A DNA stretch of 64,000 nt, taken from contig NW_027266264.1 in NCBI RefSeq assembly GCF_022045235.1, positions 67,394,001-67,458,000 on the forward strand, in the 5' to 3' direction. Below the pieces are notes generated by a model that was given only the letters and a program-made list of their open reading frames with translations, had not been told where the DNA came from and did no database searches. Numbering within the stretch: position 1 is the first letter of the stretch; the number at the start of each line of letters is the position of its first letter. This document shows positions 11,701 to 24,147 of the stretch, in pieces. The stretch comes from Haliotis cracherodii. Taxonomy: Eukaryota. The position numbers were made by a program, and so were the translations under genes.

Positions 11701-14700
11701 GGATTGTATTATAAGCATGCGTTTATGAAAAACGATCAAATAATGATGACACCCGGTGTTCGCGAAAAGATGAGCGTTTCCTGAACTACCGTTGGCACTC
11801 GTCACAAATACATGCAATTTCAATTAGAAAATAGCTTCGTTTTTAAAGCTTTACTGTGGTCTTGAATTGAACCCTGATCAAAGAACTTTTGAGCAAGTCA
11901 TGTGGCGTTCTTTGAATATCATGCTCACCTTCTTTTGATCGCCAACCATTTACCGCTTTACAAGCCACCCGACCATTTTTAACCTCAATTTCCTCGCCAT
12001 CACGATACCACTCTCCGTCCTGAAGAAAACCTGATATTATTCTTGAGAAGAAAATTGGTTAACTACAGTTTTCAATTTCACCTGTGTTGATGTTTGAATT
12101 ATCCAAATATCTATAACAACGAGTACACTACATGTAAACATGAAACACTTAGTAAAATATTCTTCTACCTTTTCCAGAACAGAGAACTGATATACATCAC
12201 GTCAACTGTCTGTGAAGAAACATATTGTGATTAAATATTTTGAGTTTCTTTTATATATTTTTTGGTTTACCCGCCGCAGGTCCTAAATTTTAGAAAACGA
12301 GGAAAACACATACAACACCAGTTTGAATTAGTTGCTCATTTTTATCATTTGAATGAAGAACAATATTGTTTTCAAAGAAACGTCTAAATACAAAAGTTGT
12401 TAATATAACTTGTCAATGCAAGAGAATAACCAGCCTATGATCTTCTGCTGAAACATATTCCACTTGGCGTGAAGGGAAAAGGGCTGTGGAAATTATATGA
12501 ATTGACCACTGACAATCAGTGATAACACCAGGTGTTCGCGAAAAGTGCAAGCCTCTCCTGCCCTAAGCTATCTGCAGAAAAGTCCTATTAATTATACTCA
12601 GACACACATACTAATAGTTTTATGAAGAAAATCTAAAAATATATAATAAGAATAAAGAGTTGATTTTGAAACAAACCAACCTTGAATTTTGTATATCACA
12701 CCGTACAAGCCAAACAGAAAGGCTGAATTTTATCTGGACTTAGAAGACCACCTTTGTGAAACTAAAGTGCAGGAAAAGGGGCTGGCAAACCAAGCATCAC
12801 ATTCAGAGAAAATATCGTCGGCATAATTAGAAAACAACAACATTCAATCCATCAATCGGACATATTTGGGGAGTTGGGTTTAATGCTGCTTGGATCAGTG
12901 GTTTAATTATATCAAGGCCTAAACTTATTGATGATAAGTACCTGATGATAACCTGAACAGCCGGTCATCACTTCATCACTCTCGCAGTAAGCATAAGTAG
13001 GCTTGTCATCGCCGACGTCAGACACTGCGGACCAGCGGGTGACGCACTGAATGTCGGTGTTATTAGCATCTGATGACATGTGACCAACAATATGCTGGTT
13101 GTTATGGGAGACTTGGATAGCATGTGTCACGTGCACGAATGGATCAATAGTTGTTGGGAGTGTCACTTGATCTGAAAAGTTAAGGAATAAATGTATTACT
13201 TTCGTTTGTTTGTGTTCTAACGACTAATTCATCAATAGTCCAGATATATGACAACAATCACCCCAAACATTTTTACTCCGTTTGGCATTAGTTTTGGATT
13301 TATGAAAGTAATTTCAAGAAAAAAATTCGGACTCTTGATGCCCGTCCTCTGGGGACTAAAGAAATTGAAATTGCACGAGCTTTAAAAAATGACGAAAATT
13401 TGCCTTGAATGAAAATAAGAGTTTATCCACCCCTTCACATAACATCTTCCTTAAAAGAAAATGTCCATGCATTATGTCACCAAAATAATTATATTGCAAT
13501 CATGACATATAGGACTTGTCAATACATTGTGAATTTATACACCCAAATGTTGCAATAGTCTCTTACGGCCATCGCCACTGATGTCCAGGTTGAGTGTGGC
13601 ATCTGCCTTCCCCAGGTGGAATTCCTGGTACATAACGGGCTTCCCCTTGTAGTTTACTACAATGTCATAGTCTCCCTGGAAGCCATTCACGGAGAAGGAC
13701 GATCCATCTGAGAGATTCTTAGCTACATGTGTTGACCACTCCTTCTGGACCAGATCAAAGTAACGTTGACCAGCAGCGTTCACCTGCAAGTATATACACC
13801 CTTATTTCAATGTGAATCTCCTTTCTGTCCAGTGTCAATTTTATGAGTGAGTGAGCTGGGTTTTACGCCGTTTTGTTATGAAGTATTTCAATAACGAAAT
13901 TATAATTTTGTTTTATAGATTTAAGTTGTGTTTAGATCGCTTTTGGAAATAGTCCAAGTTCGTTGGTCTTCCTTCCCCATGACGAGCGAACACGTTAACT
14001 GCTTGGCTTACCCGACAGCCGTTATGGTTTTCACTTGGTACAATGTGTGAGTCACCGGCTGCTTTGTTGTCTTATCTGCATTGGGTGGGTGGGGGGGGGG
14101 GGGGGGGGGGGGGGTGGGGGGGGGGGGGCGGTCGTTAGATACTTTATCAGTGTGTATCTTATTTATCCTTGGCTTTGCCCCTGTTTCATTGTTTGTATAA
14201 TGACATATTAATGTAAGCTAATTTTCTTAAGTTTGGTCAATCAAAAATTTCATTATATTTTAACACTATATTATAAGAACTCATAACTGTTCATTGGCAA
14301 TGGAGTGGTGGGGTAGCCTAGTGGTTAAAGCATTCGATCGTCACGTCGTAGGCCCGGGTTCAATTCCCCACATGGGTACAATGTGTGAAGGCAATTGTTC
14401 CCCGCGGTGATATTGCTGGAATAGAAGCGAGGTAAACCATACTCATTCAGTCATTAGCATCGTTAGAAAACGTTTACATAAAAATGTAAGAATGTGATTC
14501 GTGCCCTCTTAGTGTTTCAGTACCTGTCATCGGCTTACTATACCTTGTGGCTGCCATGGCGGTGGTCGTGGCAGGCATGACAAGTTTATAAACTTATAAA
14601 CTGCAAGTAGGTTAAGGTCATGGCATTATAAGTAACGCCACGGGATGTGCTGGAGCTCACGCCTCACGTAGTGTTTAGCCACGTAGGATGGACTAAATTT

Positions 14701-17700
14701 TGATATCTATTCCGAACCATTTGGTCATGATGTGTATATTTCGGCCCATTTGCTTATGATTTTGTAGTTGCTCCCTTGCGTCACGATGTGTACCCAGCTA
14801 AGTCTCAGTGTACTGTGTAATACTTCTTGTAGTGGTAAGTAACTATATGCCACTATATCTGATCTAATCTAATCTAGTTCATGCAATCGACCATTGTCTG
14901 TATTATGGGCCTACGGCCTTCTTACTGAATAAACTATCTGTCTGTATATCTAACCTAATATTTGCCTCAGTATCTAGACAATCAGTTATTGTAATAAAGT
15001 GCTATGCTCAGTTGTTATATTATTTAAGAATATCATAAAAGCTCTTGTTAATTAATCTTACAAAGAAGTTATATCCATTGATGAGTGCGGCGTAAGGGCT
15101 TTTCATTTGATGATCCCAGAAGCCCCAGAATATGACGCCTTCCACTGCTGGGTGACTGAAGTAGGTTCTGAGAGCCCAGTCGTACCAGTCCGCCCGGACA
15201 TTCTCGTCATGGTGCACCAGGTCCATCTCGGTGATCCACAGAGGCAGTCCAACAGATCCCAGGTTGTCCAAACGTCTCTGCAATATCATGTTGCCAACAT
15301 TTTTATACCAGTACTTCAACCGTCAACTACTATTTCTGCAGTAACATAAAGAGCAACATCAGGGCGATTGCTCAATCTCATTACTATGTACTGTTCTGTG
15401 TACATACAGCTTATGAAAGCATAAGCATTTCCTTTCAGTAGCGGTCATTGTGAAAGGTGGAAGTTATATTTACCATTGAACTGTTGAATGGGACTAACTA
15501 CTGACAATTAATTAAACATAAGGGAGGCAAGGCCTACTTTCAGAAGTGTTGGATCTGGAGGTGTGTAGTCTCTGAAGTGACTCTGGAGACCAAGGCCTCC
15601 CAGTCCAACATTAGCCTTTTTGAACTCTTTAGCCTGGGCAACGTAAGCCTGGAAATGAATATTACATATATAAGCAACAGCAAAATAAAACGTTAAATGC
15701 TTCAACTACAGATTGTTGGTCGGGCAATTTTGTTGAGAATGGCGATAGTTGGTATTGCACGACTATATGGAAGATACTGAATATTTGCGTAATGGTGTTG
15801 TGGTTATGGTGATTATTATGTGACATAAATCGCATAAATGATGTTCTGTGAACAGGCACATAGCAGGCCACCATCATAATGTGAAGTCTACGAAATGTAT
15901 TATCAACATACATCAGTGACGGCTCCCACGGCAACAACGTCGTAGTCATTGAGGAAGAGCTTGGGCACGGGATCAGCCTTGTGGACCATATCGTAGATCT
16001 TCTCCGAGTACAGTGCATCACCTGTTTTCTCTTCATATAACTGACCATGGAGAAGTTCGTTGTTCACGTCCCAGTGACCCAGTCTAACGCATAATTTAAG
16101 ACATATACTTTCAAATATATTGTTTGAATCTTCTATGTTTGTCCATTTATCAAATATGAATAAACATGTGAGTATAATTGGAATTGTGTGTTGATTGTAA
16201 ATTACCCTTTTACCATGACCATTCTAAACATGTACATGGCGATAGATACAGTTCACTTACTGTCCCTTTGTGATGCCGGTCATATATTTGACTCTCTCTG
16301 CAATGGCTGCTTTCAACATTGTCCCGTTTAAGGCTTCTACCCAACTGGGTGAGTTACCTGGAACTCCCCAGAACATGTTGTGTCCTCGAACTTTCATGCT
16401 GTAATATATGAACTGTTATAAATGTCCTAGACAAGTTATGTAATGCATTTGAATAATGGTGAAATAACAGTTTTAGTTGTAGTTTTGAATTCCGTTAAAT
16501 GCATCCAAAGTTAGTCCACATTGTAAGATACGTACCCACGTTGATTAAGCACCTTCACGGCATCTGTCGCAACTGTGTAGTCAGGTTTATCCTGGAAAGG
16601 ATGTTTGACAACAGTCATGTGTTTTTAGATATTTAGTCACATTGTGTTTTGCAATAATATTGTTTTTGTATGGTAGTTCTTCTTCGTGAAATTACTTTGC
16701 GTGTTGTAAAATCTATAATTGCAAAAGTTTCGATTTTCCTTGATGAACACATAAAATGAAGATATGAACAGTATATACCTTGGTACCTCTGTTGTACTTC
16801 CACTTGAAGGATCCTGCTGTCACCCAGTTGAACATAGTATAGACAAAGTTTTGATACTCTTTGTAGCCGTCGTTTATCATATATTCCTCATTTATTACTG
16901 ACCCAAATCCAAACAGATGTCTTTTGTGGTCAATCTGTAAATCAGAGAGGTTCTTAAAAAATGTCTTAAAGTACGTATGTCACCGGAGAAATTCATGGAC
17001 TCAGGAATGTACAACTGATTTTTTTCTTTTGTGGAATACAGTAAACTACGGTAAGGACGAACTCAAAAGAACCACTAATTTTAGTTCGTTGTAGACGTAG
17101 TTCGTTATATGCATACATACAGCATAACTACAGCAAATAGTCGGGACAAAAACGTAAGTTCGTTATATCCGTCAGTTCGTTATAAGCGTGTTCGTTATAA
17201 ACGTAGTTTACTGTATCTCATACGCTTACGACCATAACAGGAGTCTCATAGATACATACAAAGAAGCTGTATATTTATATTAAAAACATATGAAGTACAA
17301 GTGTATTCTGCAGGGATGTCATTTCCTTTATCCATCATGAACAGAATTATAATATCTAACCTTAACTTCAATATCAGCAGGGTTGAATGATGATGAATGT
17401 GTCACTCTGTAAAACACAATGATCCATATGTATTATAGACACATCATCGTTCATGGCACTAACGTGAAATAGAAGTTCTGAGAAAAATGTGTTATATTGA
17501 AGTGAGTATATATAGGTTTTCACGCACTGCGCCCATGTTGGGAATCGAACCCGAGTCATCGACGTGACGAGCGAAGGCTTTACCCACTAGGCTACCCGAC
17601 CGCCGTGTTATATTGTAACACACAGTATCAATTAAAGTCGTGTCTTAACATACACACCATGTCAAAAATACTAATAGGATGCTGGAACTTGATTAGTCGT

Positions 17701-20700
17701 TACGTTTTGGAAAAAAATATATAGAATTCATATTTTTCTAACAACTGTCACTTCGTGAAAACTCATCTTTTGCTTCAGGCCACTTGGTGAAATTTGGCCT
17801 ATTTATGTAACAGTATGTATATGATGTTTCTTGAGATTGTTGCAATTGTTTTACATTATACAGTTGTTCCGTTAAGAGAAGGAACCATTACTTGAGAACT
17901 GACATTTAAGTTTACCGTTTGGTAGAATTACCTTCAAAAGCCACATGACGTGCCTACATGAATAAGGCGTTTCTTCGTTATAATGCGTTATCAAGTAAAA
18001 TATACATTGAGTGAATAGGGTATGACAAAAGACCTATTACATGGATTATTACAAACGTACGCGTCCCGCCTGTTTCGTGTATGTCCGGAGCGAAACGTAG
18101 TACACATGTAATAATTCATAAGCAATAGACGATAGAAAGAAGGCAGCCCTACTGAACATTGATGTTATTTTTCCTAATCTTCTGTATTCTAGCATCTGCC
18201 TCGGCCTTCCAGCTCATGTCCTCGTCCACCGTCTGGAGAGAAGCGTCGTCAACGATGAAGTCGATTCCTGGATCTGGGCCTTGGAAGTACAGGTTGGCCT
18301 TGCTGGTGTCTGGTGGTGTATGTGTAAATATACATATTCATGTACATGTAAACATCAAAATGGAAAGCTTTATAAATGGTTAGATATGCATAAAGATTCA
18401 GAGTGACAAAACGCTCTCCACAAGTCTGTATGACAAAAAGGATGACTTCAACTTTTCATAGTCAACTTTCCTTCCTTGCCTTTGCTGTCTATATTTCACA
18501 ACTGTTTAGGTACAATCAAGCATGCTTTTTCTTCCAAGATTTCAAATAGCGTCATACAACTCTTGCTCGGAAGTTGTTTTTTTATCAAGGTGACAACATT
18601 CCAGGCCTCAGTAAAGCTTTTCAAATTATTTGTGGAGGACATTTCTAAATGTGACGCATAAGTGAGAGAAATTATGTCGATGCAATTCCCTATTTTGACT
18701 TGTACCATATGTTCCCGTGTTTATTCAGGTGAAAAATTGACTTGCCTTTGCATGTGGGTCAGGATACGCACACCTGGTATCATCACTGTTTGAAAGTGAT
18801 TCATAACTCATGCTCGTGATATAGTCGGATTCGTACAATGGACTCTGTTTTTGCAGAGATTTGTCGCTTATATTTATTTTTATAACAGTAACAGCACAAA
18901 ATTTAGTTCAACCCTTTTTTCAGAATGGACAGTTGTAGTACCTTGTCTTCCCAACATGAAATCAAATAGTGTGAACAACCCTGCACGGTTAAACCCACAA
19001 GGAGCATTTAGTTAAGCCTCTTCGCTAAAGTGAAACCATTCAACGTGTTAGATATTTCAAGTACCGTTTTAAGGAGTATATGTATATGCTAAAAAACGGC
19101 ACATCCCTTGAACTTACTGGATATAGAATGTTCTGTCATTGTAGATATGTTGACATTGAAGAGGGGGGTAAATTTATTCGATGACGCTTATTATTTGTCG
19201 ACATTTGCAGCCGACAACATTTTCAGTGATCTCATAAAATCTCATTATAGTTTGATAGCGATCAAAATACAATAAAAACCAATCAAGAATAGTTTGATTA
19301 ACCTGAAAATATGGAACTAGACACCAGATGATTCCGTCAGTTCAGGACATTATGTATAGTAACTAAATACATTATTGCAACCTCACCACCATACTGGCAC
19401 CTCAAGAACGACCTCACACAATTGTACGCCTGTAGGCATTCAAAGAGGACTCTTAGGCATGACGTGCTAATGTATAAACCAGTAGGCTACCCAACAGCCC
19501 CAACAAAGAATAATGAATGTCATTGTTGAATACTTGAATTGTCTGGGCTTACTTCTTAATGGAGCGGTGAAATCCCCGTCGAGGGTGAACCATCCATTGG
19601 CAGACTGAACAAATGGATGTTGAGCGATGTCGTAATAATCCGTTTTACCTGTGTATGATAAAAATCATCATTGGGCTAGGTATGTCTGTATCGTGTCTCA
19701 TAAAATTGTTAATATTTACTGAATACAAATCATGTTTTTCGTAAAAATTCGCGAAAATCTTGTGTTATCGCTGATTTTCACTGAACCATAAGATAATTGT
19801 CTTTCCTCATTCCGCCCGCCACCGCCCCTATTTGTTTACTCTTTTCCCCTACCTACCCTACATTTTGAAAAAAATCCGCAATCTATTTGAAACTAGAATA
19901 TTATTTTTGAAGTTTCTCAACCCACAGACCTGAATTTTAGGGCAAAACATTCGTAAACAAAAATAAGGAGAAAAAGTCATCAGGATGAGTGATCGCAGCT
20001 TTGGATCGAATCTCATGTCATGTCACGGCATGTCAGCTTGATGTGGGAGGTAACCCTAAGCCATGCAGATCTTAGACGTTTACTACTTTGGTGAAACCTG
20101 TGAGCACAGGTATAGTGCTGACGAACCCGGGAATATAATCAGGGCGAATCCGGCATTGGAGCCCAAGATGATATGTTTCAGGTATGCCCACGGGGAATCG
20201 ACACTGCACAGCTAATTGCGGGACCTTAGACAAATGAGACAATCGAGGTAAAATAGTGAGAACAGAGACAGTTATATCTTATTATAGTACACACCGTCAT
20301 CAGCCCATGTATATGCAATGGTGATCTTGATGGTCTGGAACAACGTCCCTGGGTGATCATTCAGCTGTTTAACACTGGAAGTATAGGCATAACGGCCACC
20401 AGGCTGTATGGGAACATCCTGCGCAGGGCCTTGGTAGGACTGTGTTCTGAAACGAATATTACTAATTTGCTATATGCTTCATATATGTGTTGATATCGAT
20501 GCTAAACAACGATCCCAGCAGGGATTTCTTGTATATGTATGATCTTGAAAACTATTATCACTAGTTCGTACATAACACGATTGTTTGGTTAACATTGCAG
20601 AACGTATGTACTATACTATACTGAACAGAACCACATCAACATACATTTACATCAAGCTGTGACCAGTTTAGGTAATTCCACTTCTAGAACAGCATGAAAC

Positions 20701-23354
20701 AACTGGTGTAGTTTTCTATCAATACAATATACCATCAGATTAATAAACTAATGAAACCAGCATCTATTAACTGATCATCTGTCCATATGTTTGTTAATGT
20801 AATGCTTATGCAGTGCCATGAAGGATCAGTTGAGAGTCCAGATCCTTTAAAAGCTTTACGTGGCTTTCGTTGGTATATTATACTTTTCATACATTATCTT
20901 TGTGTTTTAAAACAATACACTGGTTCAGAGCCTTCAACTTAAAAAAGAAAGTTTCATAATATTGATAAGGTGACATCAAACAATGATCACATTTCAGCGC
21001 AACTGATTTGATTATTGTTTTCTTTACAACCATTTTAAGGCGGAAATAGAAAAGGGTACCTTTTCACCTTTTTGTCTTTGCATGTTAACATTTCTTTATG
21101 TACAGGTATATGCATTTACACATCATGGGGAACCGATATCGGTTCAGATTAGGTTCTCAGCATACCATGCATAACGAAAAATAAATAAAGCAACAAAATC
21201 CTTTCCATTTCTAATAGAAATGCCTGCTTAAAGCAGAGTCGAAAGCACGATTCCGACTATATCATGAACATGTGTATATGAATCACTATCAAATAATGAT
21301 GATACCAGGTGTTCGCAAAGAGGTCGCCGTATCCTGCCCAACCGATGGCACCCGTCACAAACACATGCAAAGGCAAGTCAATTGTTAACCTGCATAAACA
21401 CGGGAACACATGGTCAACATAGTCAACATAGGTAATTGCATTGTACATCTTTTTTTGTCACTGATGCGTCAAATTTGGAAATGCGATCCACATGTCTACC
21501 ATAAAACGTTTTGAATGCTTTACTGAGGCCTTGAATGTTGTAACCTTGATCAAACAATTTCTGAGCAAGAGATGTATGACGCTCTTTGAAATCTTGGTAG
21601 AAAGAGCATGTTCGATTGTATCTCAAACGTTGTGCAATGTGAAAGCTGCAATGTGGAGCTGCTGGAATTTGGCTCGACATGAAGGGAACTTTTACTATTG
21701 GAAAGTTGAAGTCATCCCACTTGTCATACAGTCTTCTTGTGCAGTGTGTTTTGCATCTCTGAATGTTTATTCATAGATCTAGATATGAAACATAACGTCT
21801 CTCAATAAGCAGATTGACAAAACAATATATTTCACGAACTTGAAATTCTTACTGATGAATTTATATGGTAAGGGTTTTGTCGTTTTTATTGACTATAAAT
21901 ATCTATAATCTACGTAAAAATGGACGACCTAGTCCAAATGTCTCCACATTTATTCCACATATAATTTTTTCCATTCCAGATACTGAACCTTATGATAACA
22001 AAATCAAGACTATCTAGCCTTATCTATGACTATTGCCTTTCCCTAAGCTTTCAAAATCATATACATTACATATTTAACTATGATATATGTCATAAGACTT
22101 TTTAATGTAAATTATCAGCAACCAGTGATCATACAATGTATTGTGGTAATTTTGCTACACTCTGTCCGCTGTATATGTTGCGCTGTAATTGCGTAAATCA
22201 CTACAAGCAAATGTTGTGCAACACAATGTTTGTTTTGAAGGATAGGGTGGGATAGGGTCCGGATTCCCTATTTTGAAATGTTGAAGTTGCAGTGAACATT
22301 TAAATACTGGGATGAAAATTTTCAAACATGTTTAAATGTACGACAACGAGCTTTTCTTTCTTTCGCCCACTTGCAAGTTTTGGACAGCTAGCATGCTGAA
22401 CTATATAACAATGTTTGATAGGCATTACTTACAAGTTGACGGATGACAAAGTGGAGATAACTTATGGATAACAAGGTTTGGCGGTATAAGGATTTATACC
22501 AAAATGTCGCCTTTAAGTAAATAAAGAAGTTCTTTATCGATAAATTATCTCTACTTTTATAACAATGGCTAATATTAGTGAACTAAAAGAGAAAATCGGG
22601 TGCCCGTCCTTCACTTAAGATGCGTGTTTTACTCCATGACGGTAAGTCTTTATGTACATCTGCTATGAAAATCAGCTTAAAGAGTTGTTCCTTTTTCAAC
22701 CTCAAAACACAGCCTGTTTGACACATTTTAGTCTTAAATAATGAAGTCCTAAACATGAATGGCTGGAAATGAGCTAATTTTAGTTTCACAATGATTTGGA
22801 CATTTTTTCATCATTTCTGAACTAAAGCATATCCCGTGGATCAGTCAGGTTCCCTCTCCTGTCCCTTGTCCTTTCTCAACATGGAATGAAATTGTGTAAC
22901 CAACCCTGGTCGGGTAACCCACAAGGGACATTCAATGAAGCCTCACCCCCAAAGTATTCATATAGTTATCCCCTTCAGAGAAGAGTTCAAGGACTACTTG
23001 TAATTATTGTAGATATGGACATTAAAACAGGACATTTGGATCACTCTCAAATCGTATGGTTAGAACATGTATTATATCCCATTAATTTGATCTTTAATAC
23101 GTGTATGTATGTGATGAGATACACATATCATGTGACGTCCAGATAAAACAGATGACTTCTGTGGTAATTTACCTTCCAGATACTTTGACAGCATGAGTTC
23201 CTCCATGGACGTCATCAGTGATACTAACAAGGTTGAAGCCCCATCCTCCCCAGTTGCCCGACAGATCTGGACTCTCGAATCCTGGGTTTTTCAGCAGCTC
23301 GAGTCCAAATGCACTCTGGACAATAAGTAGAGCTAGGACACTGCCTCGAACCAT
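8779..23354 (-). CDS. Secreted CBM4/22 + GH10 xylanase-like protein with C-terminal PCSK9-like triple Cys-rich domain, paralogue B (complete, ~850 aa)
   Basis: 18 exons: 23173-23354, 20295-20446, 19553-19648, 18153-18309, 17361-17406, 16779-16934, 16536-16591, 16261-16398, 15912-16083, 15538-15648, 15062-15277, 13567-13783, 12942-13171, 11929-12019, 10817-10945, 10251-10346, 9773-9952, 8779-8906. Total 2553 nt, in frame, TAG stop. GH10 motifs: VRGHNMFW, WDVNNE (acid/base), LFLNDY, GLGLQSH, LWITEMD (nucleophile), IFWGFWD. Confidence 0.93.
14083..14130. repeat. Poly-G tract
   Basis: ~45 nt, almost pure G. A second tract lies at ~58535-58558. Confidence 0.9.
14302..14450 (+). mobile_element. 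tRNA-derived SINE, family A
   Basis: A/B-box head GGGTAGCCTAGTGGTTAAAGC...GGGTTCAATTCCC; imperfect TSD tcatt(g/a)gca. Confidence 0.8.
17039..17213. mobile_element. Tc1/pogo-type MITE
   Basis: TA flanks; TIR CAGTAAACTACG / CGTAGTTTACTG; internal TTCGTTAT repeats. Confidence 0.8.
17502..17605 (-). mobile_element. SINE family A (internally deleted)
   Basis: Head and tail present; TSD gtgttatattg. Confidence 0.75.
18390..18845 (+). mobile_element. Penelope-like retroelement 3' fragment
   Basis: YDKKDDFNF...VNFP remnant and the same 3' UTR. Confidence 0.6.
21236..21870 (-). mobile_element. Penelope-like retroelement 3' fragment
   Basis: Decayed translation LYDKWDDFNFPIV...RYNRTCSFYQDFKERH...KLFDQGY...AFKTFYGRH, resembling the RT C-terminal region of Penelope-like elements, plus a conserved 3' UTR. 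Related copies at ~2520-2935, 18390-18845 and 26330-26610. Confidence 0.65.
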
Positions 23355-24147
23355 GGCTGCAGCCCAACAAGTGTGACAAGCTGAACCTGCTTGAAACGAA
23401 TATGTACACCTTTCTTATCTTATCTTACACATTGGTCCCTTTACAAGAAATACTTTCATATGTCTAATCCGATAAACAGCAGTAGGGGTTCGAGTATCTA
23501 AGGTTGAAAATAGTCTTGTGAGATCTTTGTGTTTGTAAATGGATGATGCTCTATTTAAATGTATGGGCTATGAATTGTATTTTGGTATGGACAATGATAT
23601 TACATGTCATAATACTTCAACAACCAAGTTTATTTTTTAACCAAGAAAAGAAAAAAAATCATAAGGTATCTCTACAGGAATATACTGAACTGTGGATGTA
23701 AATTTCAAAAGGATTTTTTTAGCTCAGTGTATGACATGCACCATGGACAAACTGACATGCCTTATGTCATCACATATTTTCAGTCATCCATTCATATACT
23801 CTTCGTTTACGTCCAAGGTAAGATTTCGGTAGATAACCGAGATTGATTACTATCTTATATTTAAATGTCATTTGTACTGCAGTGCCTTGCAGGTTATCAT
23901 TTAGATTCAGTCTGGGAATTTCATAAATGTTTAATCCAGACAAGGCAACAAAAATAAAAGGCCAATCACAGAAAAGCCAACCAAATATACTGGTATATAG
24001 TCAAAATGACCCATGAACATTGAAGCTTAGTTGAGGGTTTGGAAGCCAAGGCTACCTACTGTTTGAATTGGGTTGATGGGTAAGAGAAAAGAGGGTGTTC
24101 TCGATAGCCAAAATATTGTCTGTTAACAACTATTCAACGGCAAAGCC

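Noticed and set aside
18277-18297. ANLYFQG resembles the TEV protease site ENLYFQG
   Set aside because: Coincidental CBM strand sequence; relevant only to recombinant construct design.
8779-23354. Recent bacterial HGT or contamination as the source of GH10
   Set aside because: 17 spliceosomal introns, host SINEs inside the introns, and an old tandem paralogue.
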